64,000 nt of DNA, from contig CAVYTE010000016.1 of NCBI GenBank assembly GCA_963771385.1, forward strand, positions 23,664 through 87,663, in the 5' to 3' direction. Source of the stretch: an uncultured Actinomycetes bacterium (lineage in GTDB: Bacteria > Actinomycetota > UBA4738 > HRBIN12). Below, piece after piece: positions 11,047 to 19,990 of this stretch (positions are counted from its first letter, which is position 1; each line of letters begins with the position of its first letter). The notes under the pieces were generated by a model. That model made no database searches. It was not told the DNA's origin and saw nothing but the letters and a program-made list of their open reading frames with translations. Both the position numbers and the translations under genes were made by a program.

Positions 11047-12099
11047 TCAGACCTCCTGGAAGCGGAACAGGCTCCTCGCGATCGCGAACGAGACGAGCAC
11101 CCACCCCGCGAGCATCGCGATCTGGGGACCCGCGGCCGAGATCGGCTCGCCGTCCACCGCGACGATGCGCATCGCCTCGAGCAACGGCGTGAGCGGCAGG
11201 AAGGCGACGACGGTCTGGAGCACCTCGGGCAGCGTGTCGATCGGGAAGAAGGTGCCCGAGAGGAACAGCATCGGCAGCGCGATCGCGTTCGCCATCCCGT
11301 CCGCGGCGTCCGGATTCCTCGCCCGCCCGGCGATCGCGAACCCGATGTTCAGGAAGATCAGGTTCGCGAACACCGCGAGCACGAACAGCCAGACCACGTC
11401 GCCGTGGATCGTTGCGTCGAAGACGAACACGCCGACCCCGAGGATCAGCGCCGCCTGCACGATCGCCAGGACGAGCCGGGCCCCGACCTGCGCGACGAGG
11501 AACCGGTTCGGGTCCAGCGGCGTCGCGAGGATGCGGCGCAGGATCTTCTGCTCCCGGAACCGCGAGATCGCGACCGCCATCCCGCCGATCGACGCGTTCA
11601 TCAGCCCCATGGCGACCAGGCCCGGCAGCAGGAAGTCGTAGTACGTGACGTCGGCGCCGGCGACGGCCGTCGCCTCCACGGACACGGCGGGCTCCGTGAT
11701 CCCGGCGGCCTCCAGGTTCGCATCGCCCACCACCTGGTCGATCGCGGCGAGCGCGAAGCGGTTCGTCTCGAAGTTCGTCCGGTTGTACCGGATGTCGACC
11801 GCGGTCCCCTCGACGGCCACGACGATGTCGGTCTCCCCGTCCTGCACGTTGGCGGCGGCCGCCGCGGCGTCGTCGCTCTTCGTCACGGTGAACGACTCGA
11901 TGCTCGACAGGCCGTCCTCGATCGCCCGGTACAGGGGGGCGCCGCGGTCTCCCTGCAGCTCGATCTCCACCTCGGGGGCGTCCTCGAAGCCGAACAGGCC
12001 GAACACGACGGCGAACAGGATCGGGAAGACGAGCGCCCAGAACAGCGCCTGCCGGTCCCGGTAGATCATGCGGACGCTCGCGGTGAACAGTCTCGCCAT
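11047..12099 (-). CDS. ABC-2 type transporter permease
   Basis: Starts MARLFTASVRMIYRDRQALFWALVFPILF, with multiple TM segments. The ATG at 12099 lies 2 nt after the ATPase stop. The longer ORF-track start is unlikely. Confidence 0.85.
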   Translation of the reverse strand: MARLFTASVRMIYRDRQALFWALVFPILFAVVFGLFGFEDAPEVEIELQGDRGAPLYRAIEDGLSSIESFTVTKSDDAAAAAANVQDGETDIVVAVEGTAVDIRYNRTNFETNRFALAAIDQVVGDANLEAAGITEPAVSVEATAVAGADVTYYDFLLPGLVAMGLMNASIGGMAVAISRFREQKILRRILATPLDPNRFLVAQVGARLVLAIVQAALILGVGVFVFDATIHGDVVWLFVLAVFANLIFLNIGFAIAGRARNPDAADGMANAIALPMLFLSGTFFPIDTLPEVLQTVVAFLPLTPLLEAMRIVAVDGEPISAAGPQIAMLAGWVLVSFAIARSLFRFQEV

Positions 12100-12101
12100 G
12101 C

Positions 12102-13067
12102 TCACTCCCGAAGGCTCCGACCGGTGAGCGAGAGGAAGACGTCCTCGAGGGTCGCCGGCACGACCTGCACGTCGTCGATCTCGACGCCCCTCGACCTCGC
12201 CCAATCCAGGAACGCGGGAAGCGTCTCGCGCGCCTGGGCGACCCGGAGCTCGTAGTCGAACCCGCCGAGCGGGATCGGAGCGACCTCGTGGACCCCGGGC
12301 AATGCGTGCAGCTCGCTCGCGTTCACGCCGTTCCGGGTCGCGAACTGGATCCGGTACGCGGCGGGCAGCTCGCGGATGAGGCCGAGCGGCGTGTCCAGCG
12401 CCACGACCCGACCGTGGTCGATGATCGCCACCCGGTCGCACAGGACCTGGGCTTCCTCCATCGAGTGGGTCGTCATCACGACCGTCGTGGCCTCGGCGCC
12501 GTTGATGTGCTCGATCAGGTCCCAGAGGTTCCGCCTGGCCTGGGGGTCCAGGCCGGTCGTGGGCTCGTCGAGGAAGACGACCTCGGGATCGTTCACCATC
12601 GCCGCCACGATCGAGAATCGCTGGGCCTGACCGCCGGAGAGATGCTTCACGAGCGAACCTCGCTTCTCGAGGAGCGCGACCCGCTCGAGGAGCCGTTCGG
12701 GCGGCGACGAGCGCTCGTAGAAGGAGCCGAACAGCTCGAGGATCTCCTCGAGGGTCAGGTACTCGAAGTACGCGCTCGACTGCAGCTGCACGCCGATCCG
12801 CTGCTGCATCGCGTCTCGCTCCGTGACCGAGTCCATCCCGAGGACCCGCGTCGTGCCCGAGGTCGGCGTGGTGAGGCCCTCCACGATCTCGAGCGTCGTC
12901 GTCTTGCCGGCGCCGTTGGGACCCAGGAACCCGAACACCTCTCCCCGGCGCACGTCGAACGACACGTGGTCCACCGCGGCGAGCGTCGCGCCGTCCGGCG
13001 TCGGGTACTGCTTCACCAGGTCGTGGACCTCGACCGCGAACCCGTCCCCGACGCGAGCGGCCGTCAT
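12102..13067 (-). CDS. ABC transporter ATP-binding protein
   Basis: Carries Walker A GPNGAGKTT, the signature LSGGQAQR and Walker B VVFLDEPTTGLD. The ATG at 13067 forms an ATGA overlap with the PadR stop. Confidence 0.9.
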   Translation of the reverse strand: MTAARVGDGFAVEVHDLVKQYPTPDGATLAAVDHVSFDVRRGEVFGFLGPNGAGKTTTLEIVEGLTTPTSGTTRVLGMDSVTERDAMQQRIGVQLQSSAYFEYLTLEEILELFGSFYERSSPPERLLERVALLEKRGSLVKHLSGGQAQRFSIVAAMVNDPEVVFLDEPTTGLDPQARRNLWDLIEHINGAEATTVVMTTHSMEEAQVLCDRVAIIDHGRVVALDTPLGLIRELPAAYRIQFATRNGVNASELHALPGVHEVAPIPLGGFDYELRVAQARETLPAFLDWARSRGVEIDDVQVVPATLEDVFLSLTGRSLRE

Positions 13068-13627
13068 CGTCCGCCCGCCGTGGGTCCGGGGCCTTCGAGG
13101 TCCCGCTCGGTCCGGTCGCACCACCGGATCGCCGCCCGGACGTAGGCGAGCCCGTACGTGAGCGTCAGATCCCGCTCGACCTCCGCTTCCGCGAGCTCGC
13201 GCTCGATGTCGCGGAACACGCGGAGGAGCTCCGCGAGCTGGCGGCGGTGTCCTCGAACGAGCTCCCGCGTGGTCTCCGGGCCCGCGAGGTGACTGAAGAA
13301 CAGCCGGAGCAGGAAGGGGCTCTTGATCGGCTCGATGCCGGGCGGCCCCGCGTCGAGCCAGTCGCGGAGCATCCGCTCGCCCACGTCGGTGATGCGGTAG
13401 ATGCGCTTGTCCGGCCGGTCGGTCTGCTCGACCTCACGCTCGGTCGCCCAGCCGAGCTCCACGAGCCGCCGGAGCTCCGCGTACAGCTGGCTCTTCGCCG
13501 GCGCCCAGAAGAAGCCGATCGAGCCGTCGATCGCCTTGGCCAGGTCGTAGCCCGACGACTCGCCGAACGTCAGCATGCCGAGCACGCCGTACGCGGTGTC
13601 GGGGACCCTCGTGGTCGGTGTCGCCAT
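13064..13627 (-). CDS. PadR family transcriptional regulator
   Basis: MATPTTRVPDTAYGVLGMLTFGESSGYDLAK...YAELRRLVELGW...RIYRITDVGE is a winged-helix PadR sequence. It is the first gene of the PadR/ABC ATPase/permease operon. Confidence 0.85.
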   Translation of the reverse strand: MATPTTRVPDTAYGVLGMLTFGESSGYDLAKAIDGSIGFFWAPAKSQLYAELRRLVELGWATEREVEQTDRPDKRIYRITDVGERMLRDWLDAGPPGIEPIKSPFLLRLFFSHLAGPETTRELVRGHRRQLAELLRVFRDIERELAEAEVERDLTLTYGLAYVRAAIRWCDRTERDLEGPGPTAGGR

Positions 13628-13716
13628 GTCGTTCAAACTTAGTCCATTTAGAACTAGACCTACTCGAACCATAGGGCCCGCCCGCGGGCCGAGTCAAGCC
13701 CCCGTACGCTGAACGC

Positions 13717-14652
13717 ATGGGCCCCCTGCCCCCGGGCTACGCGACCCGGCCCCCGACGTTCGATGACATCGAGGCGATCGCCGAGGTGCTGCTGGCCGAC
13801 GACCTGCAGGACACCGGGCAGTCGATCTACGACGCCGACTTCGTGCGCAACCAGTGGCCGGTTCGGGACTTCGATCCCGCGCGGGACGGACTGCTGGTGC
13901 TCGGACCCGGCGGCGCGGTGGTCGGGTTCGGCAACGTGCTGCCGGAGGGCGAGACCCGCGTGAAGTCCTGGGGGGTCGTCCATCCGAAGCATCGCGGCCT
14001 CGGGATCGGCTCGACGGTGTTCGACTGGATCGAGTCACGCGCGCTCGAACGGCTCGCCGGGGTCGCCGGCGCGACCTTCGAACACTCGATCAACGACGTC
14101 GACGAGGCGGCGCGCGCGATCGTGCTCGCGCGTGGCCTCCGGCCCGTCCGGAGCTTCCGGCACATGCAGATCGACCTCGATGGCCCACGCGACCCCGGCA
14201 CGCCGCCTGCCGGTGTGGAGATCCGGAGCGTCGAGGCACCGGCCGACCTCGAACGGGCCCACGCGATCTTCGTCGAGGCGTTCGAGGACGAATGGGGGTA
14301 TCGGGTTATCCCCTTCGAGGAGTGGCGCGCACTCGAGGTCGACATCCCGGGCTTCGATCCCTCGCTCTGGCTCCTGGCGAACGAGGGCGGGGACGCCGTC
14401 GGGGCCCTGAACGCCTCGGCGGACAAGGATCGAGGGTGGATCGGCGAGATCGGCGTGCGCCGCGCCTGGCGCGGGCGCGGGATCGGTTCGGCGCTCCTGC
14501 GGCGATCGTTCGCCACGTTCGCCCAACGCGGCACCCCCCGGGTCCTGTTGAACGTCGACTTCGAGAACCCGACCGGGGCGATGGCGCTCTACGAGAAGGT
14601 CGGCATGCGCGCCGTGCGCGGGTACGACGTCTTCGAGAAGCCGATCGGCTAG
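13717..14652 (+). CDS. Tandem GNAT N-acetyltransferase (MshD-like architecture)
   Basis: 311 aa with two acetyl-CoA motifs, HPKHRGLGIGSTV and RRAWRGRGIGSAL. The substrate is unknown. Confidence 0.8.
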   Translation: MGPLPPGYATRPPTFDDIEAIAEVLLADDLQDTGQSIYDADFVRNQWPVRDFDPARDGLLVLGPGGAVVGFGNVLPEGETRVKSWGVVHPKHRGLGIGSTVFDWIESRALERLAGVAGATFEHSINDVDEAARAIVLARGLRPVRSFRHMQIDLDGPRDPGTPPAGVEIRSVEAPADLERAHAIFVEAFEDEWGYRVIPFEEWRALEVDIPGFDPSLWLLANEGGDAVGALNASADKDRGWIGEIGVRRAWRGRGIGSALLRRSFATFAQRGTPRVLLNVDFENPTGAMALYEKVGMRAVRGYDVFEKPIG

Positions 14653-15350
14653 GGCTCCTTGTAGATCGCCCAGAACTTCTTGACGGGCGCGAGCGCCCTC
14701 CAGGTGGCCTTCGTGCCCTTCGGTGTGACGAGGACGTCGCCCGGTCCGGCGCGGCGGACGGTGCCATCACGGTCGGTGACCTCGACCTCGCCCTCGATCA
14801 GCACCGCGATCTCGTGGTAGGGCGGTTCCATCGGGCCGGTCTCGGGCGCCCGGCGCCACAGGCCGAAGCTGAACCGAGCGTCGCCCGCTCGGAAGACGAC
14901 GACCTCCTCCCCCGGCGGGTTCGGATCGCCCTCGCCCGTGGGGATGACCTCCCATGGGAGCGCATCGTGGCGGCTCGCCTCGAGCACGCGCACGCGGCCG
15001 TCCTGCCCATCCTCGCCCTCGCCGGCCGAGGGGAACCGCAGCGAAGCGAGCTGGGCACGCGCCCGGTCGACGGCCTGGGTGAGCCAGTCGCCGTCCTGCG
15101 GTCCCCGGTCGTCCTCGCGCGGGAACATGAACTGGTTCAGCGTCTCGTCCGACCCGAACTGGATCCCCTTCGTCCGCAGGAACTCACCCACGGCGAACTC
15201 CCAGGAGAAGAGCGCCGTTGCGTCGTCCTGCGCTTGGACGGTGTAGGTGAGGAACTGGTTGGGCTCCGCGACGAAGGTGCGAACGCCTCGCTGGGAGCGG
15301 CCGGTGCCGGGACGGAACCCCTGCTCGAGGAGCGCCTGCTCGAAGTCCAT
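14649..15350 (-). CDS. Hypothetical protein with C-terminal cupin (DUF861/EutQ-like) domain
   Basis: An intact 233-aa ORF. The C-terminal sequence FGLWRRAPETGPMEPPYHEIAVLIEGEVEVTD..GDVLVTPKG looks like a cupin barrel. The N-terminal half is unassigned. Confidence 0.6.
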   Translation of the reverse strand: MDFEQALLEQGFRPGTGRSQRGVRTFVAEPNQFLTYTVQAQDDATALFSWEFAVGEFLRTKGIQFGSDETLNQFMFPREDDRGPQDGDWLTQAVDRARAQLASLRFPSAGEGEDGQDGRVRVLEASRHDALPWEVIPTGEGDPNPPGEEVVVFRAGDARFSFGLWRRAPETGPMEPPYHEIAVLIEGEVEVTDRDGTVRRAGPGDVLVTPKGTKATWRALAPVKKFWAIYKEP

Positions 15351-15359
15351 GCCCGGAGT

Positions 15360-16379
15360 CTAGGGAACGGCTCGGAGCACGCCCTCGGGGCCGTCGGCGG
15401 ATGCCGGGCCGCGCCGCCCCCGCGCGACCGAGGCTCGCGCCTTGCCGATCCCCGAACGCAACTCGTCGGCCCCGTTGGCCACCATCGTGGACGCCTTGGC
15501 GATCTTGTTCTCGATCACCGACTCCATGACGTCGAGCAGTTTGGCGACCTCCGCGATGCATCCCTGCGCGTCGCCGGCGTCACCGAACCGGTCGGCGAGG
15601 CTGTAGAGGAAGAGCAGGACCGGCATCGCGGTGGAGTAGGGCACGACGACGACGCCGTGAGCGAACGCGTCCGCGTGCGCGCGCCGGAGCACCGCGTACG
15701 CGGCGTCGGGAACGGCCGCTACGGCCACGGGCGCCGTGAGCGCCGGGTCCAGGTACTGGGCGACCTCTCGCGCCCGGAGCGCGACCTGGCGTTCGACCTC
15801 ACGCGCCCACGTCTCGCGCTCCCCGGGGTCGTCGCAGCCCTGGAGCGCCTCGAGCTCGGCCACCGCGCTCCATTTCGAGTCGATCGGCAGCCGGCGCCCG
15901 TCCGGAAGCAACAACCCGAACTCGACCACCCGCCCGTTCACGCGCAGATCCGTTACGAGCATCCCCGGAGGCAGCTGCGCGAGATGTTCGCGCAGCAGGT
16001 TCTCGCCGGCCCGACCCTTCGCGGCGCCTCCCGCGAGCACCGTGGACAGCCGGGTCACGACCTCCCAGGACTCCCGTTCGCGCTCGCGGCGCTCCTCGTC
16101 GCGCACCGTGAGGGCCTCGAGCGCGCGCCTGGCGCCGGCGACGTCCGAACGCAGGTGCTCCGCCGAACCCTCGCGCGCCGCGGCCAGGTCGGCCAGCCGG
16201 CGGATCTCGGCGGCCTGGAGCTGGAGCCGCGCCTCGACGCCGTCCGGCGGGGTCGCCGGCCGGCGCCGCGTGGCGAGCACGCCGAACGCGGTCCCGATGC
16301 CGAGCGCGACCACGACCAGCACCAGCGTCATCTCGCCTCCGTCCATCGCTCGATCGAGGGTAGGGAGGGGGTCTGACAC
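15360..16379 (-). CDS. rmuC: DNA recombination protein RmuC-like
   Basis: An N-terminal TM segment and coiled coil are followed by a conserved core (GENLLREHLAQLPPG...VEFGLLLPDGRRLPIDSKW). An ATG at 16331, preceded by GGAGG, is a more likely start than the GTG at 16379. Confidence 0.75.
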   Translation of the reverse strand: MSDPLPTLDRAMDGGEMTLVLVVVALGIGTAFGVLATRRRPATPPDGVEARLQLQAAEIRRLADLAAAREGSAEHLRSDVAGARRALEALTVRDEERRERERESWEVVTRLSTVLAGGAAKGRAGENLLREHLAQLPPGMLVTDLRVNGRVVEFGLLLPDGRRLPIDSKWSAVAELEALQGCDDPGERETWAREVERQVALRAREVAQYLDPALTAPVAVAAVPDAAYAVLRRAHADAFAHGVVVVPYSTAMPVLLFLYSLADRFGDAGDAQGCIAEVAKLLDVMESVIENKIAKASTMVANGADELRSGIGKARASVARGRRGPASADGPEGVLRAVP

Positions 16380-16395
16380 TCCTCCCCGGTGCCTG

Positions 16396-17058
16396 CTACG
16401 AGGGGAGACGGTCGGCCGCGAGGTCCTCCAGGATCTGCGTCAGCTGCTCCTCGGGCACCGAGCCCAGCACCCTCGCGGCGTCCCCCGTCGAGTCGATGAA
16501 GACCCAGGCCGGCTGGAAGGGCACGCCGAAGCGCGCGAACAGCCGCTCGTCGGCGTCGTTCAGATGCGGGAACGAGTCGAGGCCGAACTCGTCGATGAAG
16601 TCCTGCATCGCCTCCTGCGTGTCACGCCATCCGATGCCGAGGAACCGGATCTGCGTCTCGTCGTCTCGCGCCAACTGCGCGACCAGGGGGGCCTCCCCCC
16701 GTCAGGTGCTTCACCACGGCGCCCAGAACCAGATCGCGATCGGCGTGCCGGCGAGCTCCGCCGCGTCGAACGTGCCACCTCCCACCAACGGCGCCTGGAA
16801 GTCGAGGATCTCCGGGACGGCCGCGGGCTCACTGCCGGGCGAGACCGAAGGCGGAGGTGACCCCGACGTGGGACCGCTCGCCGCGGGCGAACCGATGCCG
16901 CCGGTCGCGTCCGGTGCGACCGACGAAGCGCAGGCGGACCCGAACAGCGCGAGGAACAGGAGGATCGAGTGGGCGGACCGCACACGTCTCACCGCAGCGA
17001 TTCTACGGCGAACCCTCCGGGGTCTCGTGTCTCGGGGATCGCGTTCCCGGAGGACCAC
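16396..17058 (-). CDS. TlpA/ResA-like thiol-disulfide oxidoreductase with two in-frame TGA codons at the CxxC positions (candidate UxxU selenoprotein)
   Basis: ORF fragments 16711..17058 and 16396..16674 are in the same frame, since both low coordinates are 1 mod 3. The only stops between them are TGA at 16711-16713 and TGA at 16702-16704. Read-through gives ...PIAIWFWAPW-U-S-T-U-RGEAPLVAQLARDDETQIRFLGIGW..., which matches the WCxxC(R/K)xExP redoxin motif. The N-terminus carries a signal or lipoprotein-like peptide (ILLFLALFGSAC). The likely start is the GTG at 16983. Confidence 0.7.
16666..16700 (-). promoter_or_regulatory. Two consecutive mRNA hairpins downstream of the UGA codons (candidate SECIS elements)
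   Basis: On the minus strand, GGGGGG-AGG-CCCCCC occupies 16700-16686 and UCGCGC-AGUUG-GCGCGA occupies 16682-16666. The first hairpin starts 10 nt after UGA1. The second starts 19 nt after UGA2. Confidence 0.45.
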
Positions 17059-17125
17059 CGGGCTCGGGTAGGCTTCCGCCGACCTGGGTTCGGATCGACC
17101 AAGCGAAGGAAAGGATCGTGGCAGC

Positions 17126-18568
17126 GTGCTCGACGTCGCCAGACAAGCCGTCGCCGCGGCGATCGCCGCCGGGGCCGACTACGCGGACGGTCGGATCGTC
17201 GCGGAGGATACGGAGTCCCTCACCGTTCGGAACCAGGAGATGGAGGGCATCGACCGCTCCTCGTCCGAGGGCGTCGGGATCCGCGTCCTCGTGAACGGCT
17301 ACTGGGGGTTCGCGGCCACCGCGCGCCTCGAACCCGCCGAGATCGACGGCACCGCGGCGCTCGCCGTCGAGATCGCGAGGGCGGCCGCCCGACTGCCGAT
17401 GGAGCCGGTGCGCCTCTCCGAGGTCGAGCCCGCCACGGGCACCTGGCACTCGCCGATGCAGGAGGACCCCTTCAACGTCCCGCTCGAGGAGAAGATCGCG
17501 CTCCTCATGGAGGCGAGCCACCGGATGCAGTCCGTGAAGGGGCTGTCGTTCGCCGAAGGTGGTCTCGACCTGTTCCGGCGACGCACGTTCCTCGCGACGA
17601 GCGAGGGCACCGCGGTCGAGCAGACGACGGTGCAGTCAGGCGCCGGGATCGAGGCCACCGCGGTCGGCGACGGCGAGCTCCAGCGCCGCTCCTACCCGAA
17701 CTCGTTCCGCGGGCACATCGCGGCCCACGGGTGGGAGCACATCCAGAAGCTCGGTCTGATCGAGGAGGCCGAGCGAACGGCGACCGAGGCCGTCGAGCTC
17801 CTCGAGGCCCCGGACTGCCCGAGCGAGGTCACGACGCTCGTGATCGATTCCGGACAGGTCGAGCTCCAGATCCACGAGTCCATCGGCCACCCCGTCGAGC
17901 TCGACCGCGTGCTCGGCATGGAGGAGGCGTACGCGGGCTCCTCGTTCGTCCGGCCGCAGGACCGCGGGAGCCTCCGGTACGCGAGTCCGCTCGTGTCGAT
18001 CACCGCGGACGCGTCGCTGCCCGGGGGCCTCGGCTCGTTCGGCTGGGACGACGAGGGCGTGCCCGCGCAGCAGGTCCCGATCATCGTGGACGGGATCTTC
18101 CACAACTTCATCTCGAGCCGCGAGACCGCGAGCGTCCTCGGCCAGCCGTCCTCGGGCGCGATGCGCGCCGACGGGTGGGCGCACTACCCGCTGATCCGGA
18201 TGACGAACATCTCGATCGAGCCGCGCGAGGGGTCGCTCTCCGACATCATCGGCGACACGAAGGACGGCATGTTCTTCTCCACGAACACCTCCTGGTCGAT
18301 CGACGACCATCGCGTGAACTTCCAGTTCGGGTGCGAGGTCGCGTGGCGGATCGAGGACGGCAGGCTCACGCAGATGTACCGGAACCCGAACTACACGGGG
18401 ATCACCACCGAGTTCTGGGGCTCGTGCGACGCGGTCGGCGGGCGCGAGGACTGGACGCTCTGGGGCACGCCGAACTGCGGCAAGGGCCAGCCCGGTCAGG
18501 TGGCGCGCGTCGGTCACGGCGCGGTCCCCGCGCGGTTCCGCAACGTCCGGATCGGGGTCCGCGGCTGA
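17126..18568 (+). CDS. tldD: TldD-family metalloprotease
   Basis: 480 aa with the motif IHESIGHPVELDR (HExxxH) and TldD/PmbA family conservation throughout. Confidence 0.9.
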   Translation: MLDVARQAVAAAIAAGADYADGRIVAEDTESLTVRNQEMEGIDRSSSEGVGIRVLVNGYWGFAATARLEPAEIDGTAALAVEIARAAARLPMEPVRLSEVEPATGTWHSPMQEDPFNVPLEEKIALLMEASHRMQSVKGLSFAEGGLDLFRRRTFLATSEGTAVEQTTVQSGAGIEATAVGDGELQRRSYPNSFRGHIAAHGWEHIQKLGLIEEAERTATEAVELLEAPDCPSEVTTLVIDSGQVELQIHESIGHPVELDRVLGMEEAYAGSSFVRPQDRGSLRYASPLVSITADASLPGGLGSFGWDDEGVPAQQVPIIVDGIFHNFISSRETASVLGQPSSGAMRADGWAHYPLIRMTNISIEPREGSLSDIIGDTKDGMFFSTNTSWSIDDHRVNFQFGCEVAWRIEDGRLTQMYRNPNYTGITTEFWGSCDAVGGREDWTLWGTPNCGKGQPGQVARVGHGAVPARFRNVRIGVRG

Positions 18569-19914
18569 TGCCGGGGATCATCGGGCCCGACGAGGTGCGG
18601 CGGGTCACGCAGGCGGCGTTGGAGCTTCCGGGCGCCGAGGTCGAGGTCCTGTTCATGCACGAATGGGGCGGACTCACCCGGTTCGCGTCGAGCTCGATCC
18701 ACCAGAGCACGCACCGGGAGGACACGGGCATCCGCGTGCGCGTCGTCTCGGACGGACGGATCGGCGTCGCGGGCTCGAACGACTTCTCCCCCGACGGCGC
18801 GCGCCGCGCGGCCGAGAGCGCGCTCGAGATGGCCGAGGTCGCGGCGCCGGACCCGCAGTTCCCCGGGCTCGCACCGCCGACCCCCGTCGCCGAGCTCGAC
18901 CGGTTCGACGAGGCCACCGCGACGACGTCGCCCGATGCGCGGGCGGAGGGCGTCGCCGAGCTGGTCGGGCAGTGCCCGGAGGGCTTCACGGCCGCCGGGG
19001 CGTTCGAGACCCTGGCGAGCGAGGTCGCGATCGCGAACTCGAACGGTCAGTTCTGCTGGGCACCGTCCTCGCAGGCGTCCGTGACGACCGTGGTGAGCGG
19101 CGACGGCGGCGGCAGCGGGTTCGCGGAGGTGTTCGCGGCCGGCGTGGACGGGGTGGACCCCGCGGCGATCGGTCGGCGGGCCGCGGACAAGGCGGTCGCC
19201 TCGCGCGCGCCCGGTGACCTCGAGCCCGGCCGGTACCCGGTGGTGCTGGAGCCCGCGGCGGTCTCGACGCTCGTCGGGTTCCTCGCCTGGGTGGGGTTCG
19301 GCGGCCGGGCGCTGCACGAGGGACGCTCGTGCTTCTCGGGCAAGCAGGGCCAGCAGGTCGCGGCGCCGGCCGTCTCGATCTACGACGACGCCGCGGCGGA
19401 GGGAACGCTCGGCCTCCCGTTCGACTTCGAGGGCGTGCCGAGATCACGGGTCGACCTGATTCGCGACGGCGTCTTCCTCGGCGGCGTCTACGACCTGCGG
19501 ACCGCCACGTCGGCCGGCACGCGGACGACCGGCCACGCCCTGCCCCCGCCGAACCCGGAGGGTCCCTTCCCGCTCAACCTGTTCATGGAGCCGGGCGGAT
19601 CGAGCCTGGACGAGATGATCGCCGCCACGGACCGCGGGCTCCTGGTCACGCGGTTCCACTACACGAACGTCGTGCACCCGGTCGAGTCGACGATCACCGG
19701 CATGACCCGCGACGGCACCTTCCTGATCGAGGACGGGCGGGTCACCGGACCGGTGAAGAACTTCCGCTTCACCCAGTCGATCGTCGAGGCGCTGTCGAAC
19801 GTCGAGATGATCGGGCGGGACACCGAGCTCGCGAGCGAGTTCTTCTTCTCGGCGAGCCGGGTCCCGGCGCTCAAGATCTCCTCGTTCAACTTCAGCGGGC
19901 GCTCGGACCACTAG
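18568..19914 (+). CDS. PmbA/TldE-family protein (TldD partner)
   Basis: The ATG at 18568 overlaps the tldD TGA (TGATG). About 448 aa, ending in TldD/PmbA-type sequence (GLLVTRFHYTNVVHP...GMTRDGTFLIEDG). Confidence 0.85.
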   Translation: MPGIIGPDEVRRVTQAALELPGAEVEVLFMHEWGGLTRFASSSIHQSTHREDTGIRVRVVSDGRIGVAGSNDFSPDGARRAAESALEMAEVAAPDPQFPGLAPPTPVAELDRFDEATATTSPDARAEGVAELVGQCPEGFTAAGAFETLASEVAIANSNGQFCWAPSSQASVTTVVSGDGGGSGFAEVFAAGVDGVDPAAIGRRAADKAVASRAPGDLEPGRYPVVLEPAAVSTLVGFLAWVGFGGRALHEGRSCFSGKQGQQVAAPAVSIYDDAAAEGTLGLPFDFEGVPRSRVDLIRDGVFLGGVYDLRTATSAGTRTTGHALPPPNPEGPFPLNLFMEPGGSSLDEMIAATDRGLLVTRFHYTNVVHPVESTITGMTRDGTFLIEDGRVTGPVKNFRFTQSIVEALSNVEMIGRDTELASEFFFSASRVPALKISSFNFSGRSDH

Positions 19915-19990
19915 GGGCGCCGCCCGGCGGGTGCGGACGGGTCGGCGATAGACTCTCCGACGCCGCTTCCCACGATCGGAGGTACCGGCG

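Noticed and set aside
13675-13690. The GC palindrome GGCCCGC-CC-GCGGGCC in the PadR/GNAT divergent region, considered as a terminator or operator.
   Set aside because: Neither flanking gene ends here, and the loop is too short for a stable terminator. Short GC palindromes like this are expected by chance in DNA of this composition. The nearby AT-rich TTAG repeats form only a weak imperfect palindrome.
13854-16376. Very long ORFs: the 840-aa ORF here, plus 188..2131, 3864..5486, 21907..25221 (N-terminal part), 24624..26570, 26149..28194, 46706..49225 and others.
   Set aside because: Their translations are Arg/Pro/Ala/Gly-rich and low in complexity, with no motifs. They lie antisense to, or out of frame with, well-supported genes. 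This is the typical stop-codon-poor artefact of very GC-rich DNA.
16686-16700. I first read the break in the redoxin gene as a frameshift in the G6/C6 homopolymers.
   Set aside because: Counting bases shows that both fragments are in the same frame and that the G6-AGG-C6 stretch translates in frame as RGEAPL. The interruption consists solely of two in-frame TGA codons.
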